From NCBI GenBank assembly GCA_047601445.1, contig JASGJH010000001.1:5088001-5152000 (forward strand): a stretch of 64,000 nucleotides of DNA, in the 5' to 3' direction. Positions within the stretch are counted from its first letter, which is position 1. Each line of letters opens with the position of its first letter. The notes under the pieces are model-generated. The model was not told where the DNA came from. It worked only from the letters and a program-made list of their open reading frames with translations, and did no database searches. The DNA comes from Myxococcales bacterium. GTDB taxonomy: Bacteria > Myxococcota_A > Polyangia > Polyangiales > DASUME01. Position numbers and translations under genes: made by a program. Of the stretch, positions 10,287 through 21,348 are shown piece by piece.

Positions 10287-11624
10287 ATGGCGCTTTTTCG
10301 GGTGTTGATGAACGTGGTGCGCGGCCTCTGGGTCGGCCTCGTGGTGTTCGGCTTCGCTTGCTACTACGGCCTAGCCAAGCTGCGGCTGTCGCTGATCCGC
10401 GACGCCACGCGTCACCGCGCCGCCCTGGCCACCCTGCAGGGGTCGTTGCTGCGTCGGGCCATGGGCATGCTGGGCGCGTGCTTCGTGAAGCTGGGCCAGG
10501 TGATGAGCTCACGCCCCGATCTGTTCGAGCCGAACATGATCGCCGAGCTGCGCTTGCTGCAGGACAAGCTGCCGCCGTTCGCCTTCGGCGAGGTGCGCAG
10601 CGCCGTGGAGAAGCAACTCGGCAAGGGCATCCAGGAGGTGTTCTCCGAGTTCGACGAAGCACCCGTGGCTGCGGCCAGCGTGGCCCAGGTGCACCGCGCG
10701 CGCCTCAAGGACGGCAGTGAGGTGGCGGTCAAGGTGCTGCGACCCAACGTGCGGTCCCAGGTGGAACGCGACGGCACGCTGCTCACGCTGGGCGCCAAGG
10801 CGATGGCGCTGCACCCGGTGATCCGACTGTCCGACCCGGTGGGTTTCACCGAAGAGTTCGTGCGTGGCCTGGTGCGCCAGACCGACCTGGCCATCGAGGC
10901 ACAGAACTACGACCAGTTCCGGCAGAACTTTGCGGCCGACGCGCGCATCGCCTTCCCCAAGATCTACGGCGAGCTCTCGGGCGAGCGCGTGTTGGTGATG
11001 GAGTTCGTGCGCGGCACCAAGCTCGACGCCCTCCCCGCCGGCGGCGACCACCGCGCGGTGTCGGCCGCGCTGCGCGAGGCCACCATGAAGATGTGCTTCG
11101 TGGATGGCTTCATGCACGCCGACATGCACCCGGGAAACATGGTGCAGCGCGCAGACGGAGTGCTCGTGCTGTTCGACGTGGGCCTCGCTACCAAGCTGCG
11201 CCCCGAGGTGCTCGAGATGTTCGTCGACCTGGTGAAGTGCATCGCCATGGGCAGCCCCGACGACATGATCACGCACCTCAAGACCTACCATAAGTACGTG
11301 GGCAACGTGGACTGGGACGCCATGCGCAAGGACCTCGAGGCCTTTGGAAAGACGTTCCGAAAGCAGGACGTGGCGCAGCTGGACTACGGCGAGATGACGG
11401 GCGCCATCCTCGCCATCGGCCGTCGCTACCACGTGCACCCGATCCCGGAGCTGTCGCTCGTGATCGTGGGCACCGTTACCGTGCAGGGCATCGGCAAGAT
11501 GCTCGCGCCAGAGATCAACGACTTCCAGGAGATGTCGAAGTTCTTGATCCCGGTCCTGATGAAGATGGGACAGAAGGTGCCCGACACGGCCGAGGCCAAG
11601 CGCGCGCAGCGCTCCTTGGGCTGA
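10287..11624 (+). CDS. ABC1/UbiB (AarF) family kinase-like protein
   Basis: FVKLGQVMSSRPDL, PVAAASVAQVHRA, VAVKV, HADMHPGN, LFDVG. Confidence 0.9.
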   Translation: MALFRVLMNVVRGLWVGLVVFGFACYYGLAKLRLSLIRDATRHRAALATLQGSLLRRAMGMLGACFVKLGQVMSSRPDLFEPNMIAELRLLQDKLPPFAFGEVRSAVEKQLGKGIQEVFSEFDEAPVAAASVAQVHRARLKDGSEVAVKVLRPNVRSQVERDGTLLTLGAKAMALHPVIRLSDPVGFTEEFVRGLVRQTDLAIEAQNYDQFRQNFAADARIAFPKIYGELSGERVLVMEFVRGTKLDALPAGGDHRAVSAALREATMKMCFVDGFMHADMHPGNMVQRADGVLVLFDVGLATKLRPEVLEMFVDLVKCIAMGSPDDMITHLKTYHKYVGNVDWDAMRKDLEAFGKTFRKQDVAQLDYGEMTGAILAIGRRYHVHPIPELSLVIVGTVTVQGIGKMLAPEINDFQEMSKFLIPVLMKMGQKVPDTAEAKRAQRSLG

Positions 11625-11765
11625 GGCGGGGAGGTCGCGTGACCTCCACGTGAACAAACCCATCAAGCAAGCCACTGCGTGAGCGAAGCGAACCTCGCGG
11701 TGGGGTGGGTCCCGGCGCGGCTTGGCCGCGACGGGCGGGGAGGTCGCGTGACCTCCCCGTTTTAC
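11625..11765. repeat. REP-like doublet: two 27-bp palindromic direct repeats; second copy is terminator-like
   Basis: GGCGGGGAGGTCGCGTGACCTCC(A/C)CGT at 11625-11651 and 11734-11760 (1 mismatch); core GGAGGTC-GCGT-GACCTCC; copy 2 is followed by a T run. Confidence 0.75.
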
Positions 11766-11855
11766 CAACGCACCTTTTTCGCCGGCCTGGGGTCATGGGC
11801 AGGGTGTAAGGTCAGGGGGTTCTGTGCGTCTTCCTTGCAGAGGAGACCCAGCCCC

Positions 11856-14366
11856 ATGACTGACGCTTCTGCTTCCGGTGCCTCCAACTCCGCCAACGCT
11901 CACGCGATCGATCCGATCTGCGGCATGCGCGTGGACAAGGAGCGCCCGCGCGGGGGCAGCTTCGAATACCAGGGCAAGCAGTACTTCTTCTGCTCGGTGT
12001 CGTGTAGGGCCAAGTTCAGCGGCGATCCCGAGGCCTACCTGAGCCGGCGCTCGTCCACGCCAGGGCCATCTTCCAATGCCCATGCCGGCGATGGGCATTC
12101 CCACGTGGCCCCGCTCGGCTCAATCCGCGACTCCCGCTCGAGCGCCTCGCGAGACTCGGCGCCAGGCCCGAGCACACCCGCTGCCCGCTCGAGCTTCGCG
12201 CCCGCGAGCGTGCGCTACTTCTGCCCCATGCACCCGGAGGTGGTGCGCCCGGGACCCGACCACTGCCCGGAGTGCGGCATGGCACTCGAGCCCATGGACG
12301 GCGCGCCGCCAGAGGAGAACGCCGAGCTTCGCAGCATGGAGCGGCGGCTGTGGCCGTGCGTGCTCTTGAGCTTGCCGGTGCTCGTCTTATCGATGGGGCC
12401 CATGGTGCCAGGCCTGTCGGGCCTCGGTTGGCCTTCAGCGATCACCTCGGGCTGGATTCAGGCAGCGCTCGCGACGCCGGTCGTGCTGTGGGGCGCGGCA
12501 CCCTTTTTCGTGCGCGCCTGGCAAGCGCTGCTGCACAAGCGCAGCAACATGTTCACGCTGATCGGCCTGGGCACCGCGGCGGCCTTTGCCTTCAGCTGGC
12601 TGGTGCTGTTGTTCCCGGAGACCTTCGGTCATCTGGCCGGCGCCCATGACGTTTTGCTCGCGGGCGGACCCGCCCGCTTCGACCACGAGCTCCCGCTGTA
12701 CTTCGAGGCAGCGGCCGTGATCACCAGCTTGGTGATCGTGGGCCAGGTCCTCGAGCTGCGAGCCCGCGAGCAGACCTCCGATGCCATCCGTAGCTTGCTC
12801 GAGTTGGCGCCCCCCGTGGCGCACCGCATCGTCGAGGCGCAGAACCAGCCGGAGCACGAAGAAGAGGTGTCACTCGCCGCGGTGCAGGTGGGCGACAAGC
12901 TGCGTGTGCGGCCGGGCGAGCGAGTCCCGGTGGATGGCGTGGTGCTCGAGGGCAAGAGCTCGGTGGACGAGTCGATGGTCACCGGCGAAGCCATTCCGCT
13001 CGAGAAATCCAGGGGCGAGAAGCTGGTGGGCGGCACGCTCAACGGCACCGGTAGCCTGGTGATGCGGGCCGAGCATGTGGGAGAGGACACGCTGCTCGGG
13101 CAAATCGTGCGCTTGGTGGTGCAGGCGCGTCAGAGTCGTGCGCCCGTACAGCAGTTGGCCGACCGCGCGAGCGCGTGGCTGGTGCCGAGCGTGATGGGCG
13201 TGGCCGTGTTGACCGCGCTCGGCTGGATGGTGTGGGGACCCGAGCCCAACCTCGTGCACGCGCTGGCCAGCGCCGTCTCGGTGCTGATCATCGCGTGCCC
13301 GTGCGCGCTGGGCCTCGCCACACCGATGTCTCTGATGGTGGGGCTCGGTCGGGGCGCTCAGGTGGGCGTGCTGATCAAGAGCGCGGAGGCCCTCGAGGGC
13401 CTGGCCAAGGTCGACACACTGGTGGTGGACAAGACGGGCACGCTCACCGAAGGCAAGCCGCGCGTGGTGAGTGTGCTGCCTGCCGCGGAGTCGAACGAGG
13501 ACGAGATGCTGGCGTTGGCCGCGGGCCTCGAGAAAGCCAGCGAACATCCGCTCGCGCACGCCATCCTGGTGCGGGCGCAGGCTCGACGGGTAACGCCACC
13601 CAAGGTGCACGAATTCCAGGCGCTGGTGGGGCGCGGCGTGGTGGGACACGTAGCCGGTCGCCCGATCGCGCTGGGCACCTCGGAGCTGATGACCGAGATT
13701 GGCATCCGCGACCATGACTGGGACGAGCGCGCCGAGCCGCTGCGCGGCCAGGGCCAAACGGTGTTGTTCTTGGCGGCCGACGGGAAGGTGCTCGGGCTGT
13801 TCGGCATCACCGACCCCATCAAGCACAGCACCCGCGAGGCGATCGGCCTGTTGCGTGATGCGGGCCTGCAAATTGTGATGGCCACCGGCGACCATGCGCG
13901 TAACGCCCAGCGGGTAGCCGACGACTTGGGCATCGAGATCGTGGCTGCCCAGTTGCTGCCGGAGGCCAAGCTGGCCCTCGTCAACGAGCTGAAGCAAAAG
14001 GGCCACGTGGTTGCCATGGCTGGCGACGGGGTGAACGATGCACCCGCATTGGCCGCCGCGGACGTGAGTCTGGCGATGGGCAAGGGCAGCGATGTGGCGC
14101 TTGCGAACGCACACATTACGCTGGTGAAGGGAGACCTGCGCGGGATCGCCAAGGCGCGCCTCCTGGCCCTCGCGACCATGGCAAATATCCGCCAAAACCT
14201 GCTGTTTGCCTTTGCGTACAACCTGCTCGGTGTGCCCCTCGCGGCGGGTGTTTTGTACCCTGTGTTCGGCGTGCTCCTGAGTCCGATGATCGCGAGCGCC
14301 GCGATGAGCCTGAGCTCGGTATCGGTGGTGGCCAACGCCCTGCGTCTACGGAAGCTCGAGCTGTAG
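11856..14366 (+). CDS. copA: Cu(+)-exporting P1B-type ATPase with N-terminal YHS and heavy-metal-binding domains
   Basis: ATG 11856 with AGGAG SD; DPICGM..YFFCS..C (YHS), CPMHP..CPECGM, TGE, CPC, DKTGT, SEHP, GDGVND, YN and MSLSS Cu(I) ligands. Confidence 0.93.
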   Translation: MTDASASGASNSANAHAIDPICGMRVDKERPRGGSFEYQGKQYFFCSVSCRAKFSGDPEAYLSRRSSTPGPSSNAHAGDGHSHVAPLGSIRDSRSSASRDSAPGPSTPAARSSFAPASVRYFCPMHPEVVRPGPDHCPECGMALEPMDGAPPEENAELRSMERRLWPCVLLSLPVLVLSMGPMVPGLSGLGWPSAITSGWIQAALATPVVLWGAAPFFVRAWQALLHKRSNMFTLIGLGTAAAFAFSWLVLLFPETFGHLAGAHDVLLAGGPARFDHELPLYFEAAAVITSLVIVGQVLELRAREQTSDAIRSLLELAPPVAHRIVEAQNQPEHEEEVSLAAVQVGDKLRVRPGERVPVDGVVLEGKSSVDESMVTGEAIPLEKSRGEKLVGGTLNGTGSLVMRAEHVGEDTLLGQIVRLVVQARQSRAPVQQLADRASAWLVPSVMGVAVLTALGWMVWGPEPNLVHALASAVSVLIIACPCALGLATPMSLMVGLGRGAQVGVLIKSAEALEGLAKVDTLVVDKTGTLTEGKPRVVSVLPAAESNEDEMLALAAGLEKASEHPLAHAILVRAQARRVTPPKVHEFQALVGRGVVGHVAGRPIALGTSELMTEIGIRDHDWDERAEPLRGQGQTVLFLAADGKVLGLFGITDPIKHSTREAIGLLRDAGLQIVMATGDHARNAQRVADDLGIEIVAAQLLPEAKLALVNELKQKGHVVAMAGDGVNDAPALAAADVSLAMGKGSDVALANAHITLVKGDLRGIAKARLLALATMANIRQNLLFAFAYNLLGVPLAAGVLYPVFGVLLSPMIASAAMSLSSVSVVANALRLRKLEL

Positions 14367-14536
14367 CCAGGGCTGTCGTCAGGAAAAGCACGCCCGCCCT
14401 TTTGGCTGGTCAGATCGAGTGCTAGGACCTGGCCCGATAGTTCGCTGGCGGAGACGCCGGCACACCTTCGTCAGGGCGCGCGAGCTCGCGCGCACGGCCA
14501 GCGCCTTCGAGGCGCTCAGAGTAGAGGTCCTTCACG

Positions 14537-15571
14537 ATGTTCCGATCTACTTTTCCTCTGTCCATCGTCCTGATTGGTTCCCTCCTGCCCGGCTGCAACG
14601 TGGGTCGCATCGCGGCCAACTCCTCCACCAAGGTGGCGGAAGCGGGCTCCGAAGGCATCAACGGCTTCTGGGACTACGAGATCTTCGGCCAAGCCGTGCC
14701 GGGCGCCATTCTGCAGAGCGAGGCGCTGGTGCGCTCGAGCCCGAACAACGAGGACCTCCTGCTCGGCCTCGCCAAGAGCTACGTCTCCTACGCCTACGGA
14801 TGGGTGCAGGACGACTGGGAACAGGCCGACGACAAGGGCGACTTCGAGAAGGCCGACCGACTCGAGCAGCGCGTGATGCTGCTGTACAAGCGCGCGGCTC
14901 AGCTGGGCCTGCGTGCGACCCACGCACGCGACGGGGGCGGCCAGCTACGCGAGAAGCTCAAGGCGCGCGACCTGCCGGCGCTCAAGACCTACCTGAGCCA
15001 GAACTTCACCAACAAGGAAGACGCCGCCGCGCTCTACTGGGCAGGCCTGGCCTGGGGTTCGCAAATGGCGAACTCGGGCGGCTCGGTGGCCGACCTGGCC
15101 GATGCTCCGGTGGCGCGCACGCTGCTCGAGCGCAGCGTGGAGCTCGACCCCGGTTACGCTGACGCGGGGGCTCTGGGTGTGCTCGGTACGGTGGAGGCTT
15201 CCTTCCCCGAGCTATTCGGCGGCAACCTCGAGAAGGCCAAGGGCTACTACGAGCGCGCACTCGAGGTGTGCAATCGTCGCAATCACTTGATCCTGCTGAG
15301 CTACGCCAAGACCTACGCGGTGGCCAAGCAAGACCGTGCGCTGTTCGTCGAGCTGCTCATGGAGATCTTGAACGCCCCAGATCAGGGCTCGGACATCCGC
15401 ATGGTCAACAAGGTCGCGCGCCATCGTGCCGAGCGGTACATCAAGAAGGTCGACGACTGGTTCGACCCGGCGCTGCCCCCCGAGCCGGCCGAGGAGGCGC
15501 CCGAAGAGGCGCCGCAGCCCGAGGGCAAGGGCCCGGAGAACTTGCCCCAGGCCACCGCCCAGGGGCACTAA
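14537..15571 (+). CDS. TatT-like (TRAP transporter T-component) TPR lipoprotein
   Basis: Lipobox LPGC; ALYWAGLAW, LDPGYADAG, FGGNLEKAKGYYERAL and DRALFVELL are TatT-family-like motifs. Confidence 0.7.
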   Translation: MFRSTFPLSIVLIGSLLPGCNVGRIAANSSTKVAEAGSEGINGFWDYEIFGQAVPGAILQSEALVRSSPNNEDLLLGLAKSYVSYAYGWVQDDWEQADDKGDFEKADRLEQRVMLLYKRAAQLGLRATHARDGGGQLREKLKARDLPALKTYLSQNFTNKEDAAALYWAGLAWGSQMANSGGSVADLADAPVARTLLERSVELDPGYADAGALGVLGTVEASFPELFGGNLEKAKGYYERALEVCNRRNHLILLSYAKTYAVAKQDRALFVELLMEILNAPDQGSDIRMVNKVARHRAERYIKKVDDWFDPALPPEPAEEAPEEAPQPEGKGPENLPQATAQGH

Positions 15572-15615
15572 CCAACGAAATTCGTGGTCGACCAGCGTGG
15601 GATCTACGACTCGGC

Positions 15616-16341
15616 TCACAACGAGCTGCGATGCCCAGGCGTCTTGCTCGCCCGCTTGAGCTCCGAGCGCAGGTCATTCGGCAGCGCCACGTGGGCCTGG
15701 CGCAGGCACGCGAGGTCCTGGGAGCGCTCGGCCATCAGAACCTCGAGAAACTCCGGCGCCGTGGTCACGCGTGAAGGCACCACGTGCCCTTCGCCGCAGC
15801 TCAAGTCGGCCGCCGCGCGGAACACGGGCTTGAGCGCCGCGTTCAAGCCGCTGTCCAGGAACTCCTGGATCTTGGCGCCGTTGCCCACGTGCTGATCGAT
15901 GGCGCGCTTGACCATGAAGCAAATCGGGCCGTCGACCTCGCAACGACTCACGCTTCGGCGCATGCCCGCGTAGGTCAGGCGCAGGCTCTGCGCGACGATC
16001 TCGGGCTTGATCCGCACCGTCACGCTGACGATCTTGTCTTCGACCCAGGGCACCTCGACCACGCCCTCGCTCTTGATCTCGATCAAGTTCTTGTGTGGAA
16101 GATGTCGGATCGACGACTTCTTCACCGTGAAGCGCGGGTCTTGCTCGTAGGGCAAGAGCAGCGCGCTCGCACGATCGACCTGATCCTCCACCACGCCGCG
16201 CCCGAGCCGCAGCGAAGCCGTACCGCGACTGGCCACCCAGACGGCCGCGGCCGACTGCGTCCCCACGGATTGCGCATGCGCCGCATCCGAGAGCGACACC
16301 AGCGACAGCGCACACAACCACACGCGCCATGCCTTCGTCAT
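15616..16341 (-). CDS. Secreted hypothetical protein
   Basis: ATG 16341 with GGGGAG SD; signal peptide ending AHA; high-GC codon pattern. Confidence 0.6.
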   Translation of the reverse strand: MTKAWRVWLCALSLVSLSDAAHAQSVGTQSAAAVWVASRGTASLRLGRGVVEDQVDRASALLLPYEQDPRFTVKKSSIRHLPHKNLIEIKSEGVVEVPWVEDKIVSVTVRIKPEIVAQSLRLTYAGMRRSVSRCEVDGPICFMVKRAIDQHVGNGAKIQEFLDSGLNAALKPVFRAAADLSCGEGHVVPSRVTTAPEFLEVLMAERSQDLACLRQAHVALPNDLRSELKRASKTPGHRSSL

Positions 16342-16707
16342 CGCGAACTCCCCCAGGAATCCTCGCGAGTCCCGTGAGCAGCGCGCCCGCGCTGCCACGC
16401 TCGCAGTGCCTCCCCAAGCACACGTTCGGCAACGAAGAGCAACGCTTGTGCCAGGTAATCCGGGTTACGAGCGATGTCGTGCTTGGGAGCGGGATCAGGC
16501 AACTTCCGGGCGCCCCTCGCGAGTTCGTGCGCGACCTTGGCCCCTGCGTTCTGCGTGGCAGCCCTGCTCGCAGTGCTCGCCCGATTCGCCGCAGCGCTCA
16601 ACAGCGCACAAGGTCAAACCTGCAGTTCCGTGAGGATCGTGCGCTTTCGCGCGCCGCAAGTAGCATTGGGGTCCGTCCTCGATGACGTGTGCCCTGGAGT
16701 GAGCTCG

Positions 16708-17697
16708 ATGCCCCTACCGAAAGCCTTCGAATCCCTACGCATCCCCGCGGTGGCGGCGCCGATGTTCTTGACCTCGGGCCCAGCCCTGGTCAGCGCCTGC
16801 TGCAAGGCCGGTATGGTCGGTACCTTGCCCGCCCTCAACCAGCGCACCACCGAGGGCTTCGCAGACTGGCTGCGCGAGATCCGCGATGAGCTCGAGCGCC
16901 ATGCCCAAACCACCGGTCAGCAGGCGGCGCCCTTCGGTGTGAACTTGATCGTGCACAAGACCAACCCGCGCGTGATGGCCGATCTCGAGGTGTGCGCCGA
17001 GTTCAAGGTTCCGCTGATCATCACCTCACTCGGTGCGGCCCACGAGGTGGTGGAGAAGGTGCACTCCTATGGCGGCCTGGTGTTCCACGACGTGACCACC
17101 GCCAAGCACGCCAAGAAGGCGGCGGAGGCGGGCGTCGACGGGCTGATCTTGGTCTCGGCCGGTGCGGGCGGTCACGCAGGCACCTGGAGTCCGTTCGCGT
17201 TGCTCTCGGAGGTGCGCCAGTTCTTCTCGGGCACGCTGCTCCTGGCGGGCTGCATCTCGAGCGGCCGTGACATCGCGGCGGCCCAGATGATGGGTGCCGA
17301 CCTGGCCTACATGGGCACGCGCTTCATCGCCACGAAAGAAGCTCTGGTGTCCCAGGCCTACAAAGACATGATCGTGGCCGCAGGGGCCGCGGACATCGTG
17401 TACACGCCCTCCATCTCGAGCATCCCGGCGAGCTTCCTGCGCCAGAGCATCGTGGACGCAGGCCTCGACCCGGACAAGCTCGCGCCTCCTGCGGGGGTGG
17501 ACCTGAGCCACATCACCGAGCCCTACAAGCCCGAGCTCAAGAACAGCAAGGCCTGGCGCGATATCTGGTCGGCGGGTCAGGGTGTGGGCGCCATCCACGA
17601 CCTGCCACCCGCGGGCGAGCTGGTGGCACGCCTGGCCGAGGAGTACCGCGCGGCCACGGCCGAGTTCGCACGTCAGAGCGCACGCTTCACCAAGTAA
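16708..17697 (+). CDS. Nitronate monooxygenase / FabK-like flavoenzyme
   Basis: AAPMFLTSGP, PFGVNLIVH, GAGGHAG, LAGCI, YMGTRFIATKE, WSAGQG. Confidence 0.88.
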   Translation: MPLPKAFESLRIPAVAAPMFLTSGPALVSACCKAGMVGTLPALNQRTTEGFADWLREIRDELERHAQTTGQQAAPFGVNLIVHKTNPRVMADLEVCAEFKVPLIITSLGAAHEVVEKVHSYGGLVFHDVTTAKHAKKAAEAGVDGLILVSAGAGGHAGTWSPFALLSEVRQFFSGTLLLAGCISSGRDIAAAQMMGADLAYMGTRFIATKEALVSQAYKDMIVAAGAADIVYTPSISSIPASFLRQSIVDAGLDPDKLAPPAGVDLSHITEPYKPELKNSKAWRDIWSAGQGVGAIHDLPPAGELVARLAEEYRAATAEFARQSARFTK

Positions 17698-17706
17698 GGA
17701 TTCGCC

Positions 17707-18582
17707 ATGAACTACAACACGCTCGAGTATCGCGTCGAAGACGGCATCCTCACGCTCTGGCTCAATCGGCCCGAGCAACTCAACTCGTTCACGGTGGAGA
17801 TGGCCCACGAGTTGATCCACGCCTTCGAGCGCGCCAGCGACGACGACGCCGTGCGCGCGGTGGTGGTGACCGGCAAGGGCAAAGCGTTCTGCGCCGGCAT
17901 GGACCTCTCCAAGCCCGGCAATGTGTTCGGACTCGACGAGAGCCAGCGCCCGAGCAACCTCGACATGCGCGAGAACCTCGAGGAGCCCTCCATCCTCGAC
18001 GGCGTGCGCGACACGGGTGGCCGCGTGACGCTCGCCATCTACAAGTGCAAGAAGCCCGTGATCGCCGCCATCAACGGCGCCGCGGTGGGCATCGGCGCCA
18101 CCATGACGTGCGCGATGGACGTGCGTTTGGCCTCCAGCAAGGCCCGCGTGGGCTTCGTGTTCGGCAAGATCGGCATCGTGCCCGAGGCCTGCTCGAGCTG
18201 GTTCTTGCCGCGCATCGTGGGCATCTCGCAGGCCCTCGAGTGGTGCTACAGCGGCGACATCTTCACGGCCGAAGAGGGCAAGGCCGGCGGGCTCATCAAG
18301 GCCGTCTACGAGCCCGAGGAGCTCCTGCCCAAGGCCTACGAGCTAGCGCGCAAGTTCAGCCAGAACCGCTCCCCCGTGGGCATCGCCCTCACGCGACAGA
18401 TGATGTACCGCAACAGCGCGCAGCCCTCGCCCCTGGACGCGCACCGCGTGGACTCGCTCGCCATGTTCTACACGAGCATCGGCGACGGCAAGGAGGGCGT
18501 GAAGGCGTTCCTCGAGAAGCGCGACACCCAGTTCGCGGGCAAGGCCAGCGAGATGCCCCCGTTCTACCCGTGGTGGGAGTAA
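17707..18582 (+). CDS. Enoyl-CoA hydratase/isomerase (crotonase) family
   Basis: LNRPEQLN, AFCAGMDL, KPVIAAINGAAVGIG, GIVPEACSSWFLPRIVG. Confidence 0.9.
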   Translation: MNYNTLEYRVEDGILTLWLNRPEQLNSFTVEMAHELIHAFERASDDDAVRAVVVTGKGKAFCAGMDLSKPGNVFGLDESQRPSNLDMRENLEEPSILDGVRDTGGRVTLAIYKCKKPVIAAINGAAVGIGATMTCAMDVRLASSKARVGFVFGKIGIVPEACSSWFLPRIVGISQALEWCYSGDIFTAEEGKAGGLIKAVYEPEELLPKAYELARKFSQNRSPVGIALTRQMMYRNSAQPSPLDAHRVDSLAMFYTSIGDGKEGVKAFLEKRDTQFAGKASEMPPFYPWWE

Positions 18583-18591
18583 GCTCCTGCC

Positions 18592-20376
18592 ATGCCGAAT
18601 CCGCTGCTGAACGACCGTGACGTCAACTTCCTCCTGCACGAGGTGTTCGACGTCGAGCAGCTGTGCGCCCTGCCGTATTTCAGGGAGCACTCGCGCGAGA
18701 CCTTCGACCTCTATCTGGACGCTTGCCGCAAGCTCGCGCGCGAGCAGCTCTTTCCGAGCTATCGCCCCATCGACGAGGCGCCGCCCAGGCTGGTCAACGG
18801 TCGCGTGCAGGTGCACCCGCGCATGCAGGAGCTGTTCGGTGCGCTGTCGCGGCTCGGCGTGGTCAACGCCACGCGGCCGGATGCAGTGGGAGGCCAGCAG
18901 CTGCCGTTCACGCTGTGGAGTGTGGGCGGAGCCTATTTGAGCGCGGGCAACTTGAGCGCGTATGGCTACGTCGGGCTGAGCGCAGGCGCGGCGCGCTTGA
19001 TCGAGTCGTTCGGCAGCGAAGAACTCAAGGCCGCGTACATGGAGCCCATCTATCGAGGCGAGTGGACGGGCACCATGGCGCTCACCGAGCCGCAGGCCGG
19101 GTCGAGCCTGGCCGACGTGAAGACGCGAGCGGTTCCTCAGCCCGACGGTAGCTACCGCTTGAGTGGCTCCAAGATCTTCATCTCGGGCGGCGATCAGAAC
19201 ATCACCGAGAACATCGTGCACATGACGTTGGGCCGCATCGAAGGCGCCCCGCCCGGTGTGAAAGGCATCAGCCTGTTCGCGGTGCCGCAGAGGCGCCTGG
19301 AGGGTGGCGCGCTGGTCGACAACGACACCGCCACCGCGGGTGTGATCCACAAGATCGGCTGGCGTGGACTGCCGAGCATCGCGCTCAACCTCGGCGAGCG
19401 CGGCGAGTGCCACGGCTACCTGGTGGGCAAGCCCAACCTCGGGCTCAGCTACATGTTCCAGATGATGAACGAGGCGCGCTTGATGGTGGGCATGCAGGGC
19501 ATCGCCACCGCCTACGTGGCGTACCAGGAAGCGCTCGAATATGCGCGCACGCGCCCGCAGGGACGCGCGCTCAGCGACAAGAACCCGGAGGCGCCGCAGG
19601 TTCCCATCGTGCAGCACGCGGACGTGCGCCGCATGCTGCTGCGCCAGAAAGCCATCGTGGAAGGCGCGCTGGGGCTGTTGATCTTCGTGGCGGTGCAGTC
19701 GGATCTGGCTGAGCACTCCGAGGTGCCCGCGCAGAAGGAGCGCGCCCAGCTGCTGCTCGATCTGCTGACGCCGGTCACCAAGAGCTTTCCGGCCGAGCAC
19801 GGCTTCGAGGCGAACGCGCTGGCGGTGCAGATCCACGGTGGTTACGGGTACTCGAGCGAATACTTGCCCGAGGCGTGGCTGCGCGACCAGAAGCTCAACA
19901 GCATCCACGAGGGCACCACCGGTATCCAAAGCCTCGACCTGCTCGGGCGCAAGGTGAGCATGCACGAGGGTCGTGCCCTGCTCGAGTTCGCGCGCCAAGT
20001 GCGCGCGGCCGTGGGCAGCGCGGAGGCAGCCAACGTGGACCCGCGCCTCAGCACGGCCATCGCACAGGCCCTCGAGACCACGCTGGAGCTCACCCAGCAC
20101 TTGCTCGGCTTGCGCGACGCGGAAGCGCGCCTGTTGCACAGCGCGGACTACCTCGAGTTGTTCTCGCTCCTGGCCGTGGGCTTTATCTGGCTCAAGCAGG
20201 CAACCCAGGCTCAGATGGCATTGCGCGCGGAGGGCGCCGACGCGAACTTCTATCGCGGCAAGCTGGCGGCAGCGCAGTACTGGATCTTGACCGACGTGCC
20301 TCGGATTCAGCAGCTGGCGGCGTTGTGTCGAAGCGGCGAAGATTCCTACGCCAGGCTCTCGCCCGACTGGCTCTGA
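18592..20376 (+). CDS. Acyl-CoA dehydrogenase
   Basis: [49 protein letters not shown]. Confidence 0.92.
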   Translation: MPNPLLNDRDVNFLLHEVFDVEQLCALPYFREHSRETFDLYLDACRKLAREQLFPSYRPIDEAPPRLVNGRVQVHPRMQELFGALSRLGVVNATRPDAVGGQQLPFTLWSVGGAYLSAGNLSAYGYVGLSAGAARLIESFGSEELKAAYMEPIYRGEWTGTMALTEPQAGSSLADVKTRAVPQPDGSYRLSGSKIFISGGDQNITENIVHMTLGRIEGAPPGVKGISLFAVPQRRLEGGALVDNDTATAGVIHKIGWRGLPSIALNLGERGECHGYLVGKPNLGLSYMFQMMNEARLMVGMQGIATAYVAYQEALEYARTRPQGRALSDKNPEAPQVPIVQHADVRRMLLRQKAIVEGALGLLIFVAVQSDLAEHSEVPAQKERAQLLLDLLTPVTKSFPAEHGFEANALAVQIHGGYGYSSEYLPEAWLRDQKLNSIHEGTTGIQSLDLLGRKVSMHEGRALLEFARQVRAAVGSAEAANVDPRLSTAIAQALETTLELTQHLLGLRDAEARLLHSADYLELFSLLAVGFIWLKQATQAQMALRAEGADANFYRGKLAAAQYWILTDVPRIQQLAALCRSGEDSYARLSPDWL

Positions 20377-20512
20377 GGCTCGTTCCCGGCGCGGCGTTGT
20401 AGCAACCTGCCGCACTGTGATATCGAAAATCGGCTCGAAACACGCGGCGAACCTCGTGGATCGGCGACCTCCTTGATCGCTCGCGTAGGAGAAGCCATAC
20501 GCAGCGGGTCGT

Positions 20513-21307
20513 ATGCCGTTTAACGTCGCTGCTTGGTTGAGTCAGTCGAACGTCGCGTGGCGCCGCGCCCTTGGCACCGCCCTTCTCGCGAGCGCGTTGT
20601 TGTCTCTGTTTGCTCCGCCCGCGCACGCCGAGTCACCTCCTGCGCCCGCCGGTCAGGCGGAGGTCGCGCAGCTCGAGCGGGAGCTTGACCTGCATGCGCG
20701 GGAGGGGCGCCGCGAGCGCATCTCCCAGGGCATCATGGGCCTGGTGCTGGGCGCGACCCTCTTGCCCGCAGGCATCGTGCTCGGGAAGCGCAATGACGAG
20801 CTCGTGCACTTGGTGAGCATCGGCACCACCGTGACGGGTGCGACCCAGCTGCTGAAGCTGCCGGGGCTCATCTTCCCCTCGGACATGGAGCGCATGCGCG
20901 GCGACTACCTCAAGCTCAAGCAAAGCGGACTGTCGGGCTCGGAGCTCGTGCGCGCGACCGAGAAGATCTGGCAGAAGGAAGCGCGCCAGGAGCACCTCGG
21001 GCGCGCCGTCATCGGCTACTTCCACCTCGGCGTGGGTATGGCGGCCATCCCGCTCGGCCTCTTCTTCATGCTGAGACACGAGGTGGGCGACATGAGCCAC
21101 ACCAAGCAGCTCAACGTGGGCTCCACGCTGCTCGGCATCGGCATTCCCGTCATGGGGGTGGCGGCCGAGCTCCTGTTCAACAAGGGACCCGTGGAGCGCT
21201 CCTGGCAGAGTCACGAGGTGACACGGCGTGAACGACTGACACGCATCGAACTCAACGTGGCGCCCGTGGCCCACGGTGGAATGCTCTCCGCAGGTGGCCG
21301 CTTCTGA
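20513..21307 (+). CDS. Hypothetical exported/membrane protein
   Basis: Signal peptide (PAHA), four Gly-rich hydrophobic segments, C-terminal GGRF. Confidence 0.6.
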   Translation: MPFNVAAWLSQSNVAWRRALGTALLASALLSLFAPPAHAESPPAPAGQAEVAQLERELDLHAREGRRERISQGIMGLVLGATLLPAGIVLGKRNDELVHLVSIGTTVTGATQLLKLPGLIFPSDMERMRGDYLKLKQSGLSGSELVRATEKIWQKEARQEHLGRAVIGYFHLGVGMAAIPLGLFFMLRHEVGDMSHTKQLNVGSTLLGIGIPVMGVAAELLFNKGPVERSWQSHEVTRRERLTRIELNVAPVAHGGMLSAGGRF

Positions 21308-21348
21308 GCGAGGCGCTCTACGTTCTGGCGCTGTACCCCGCCACGCTG

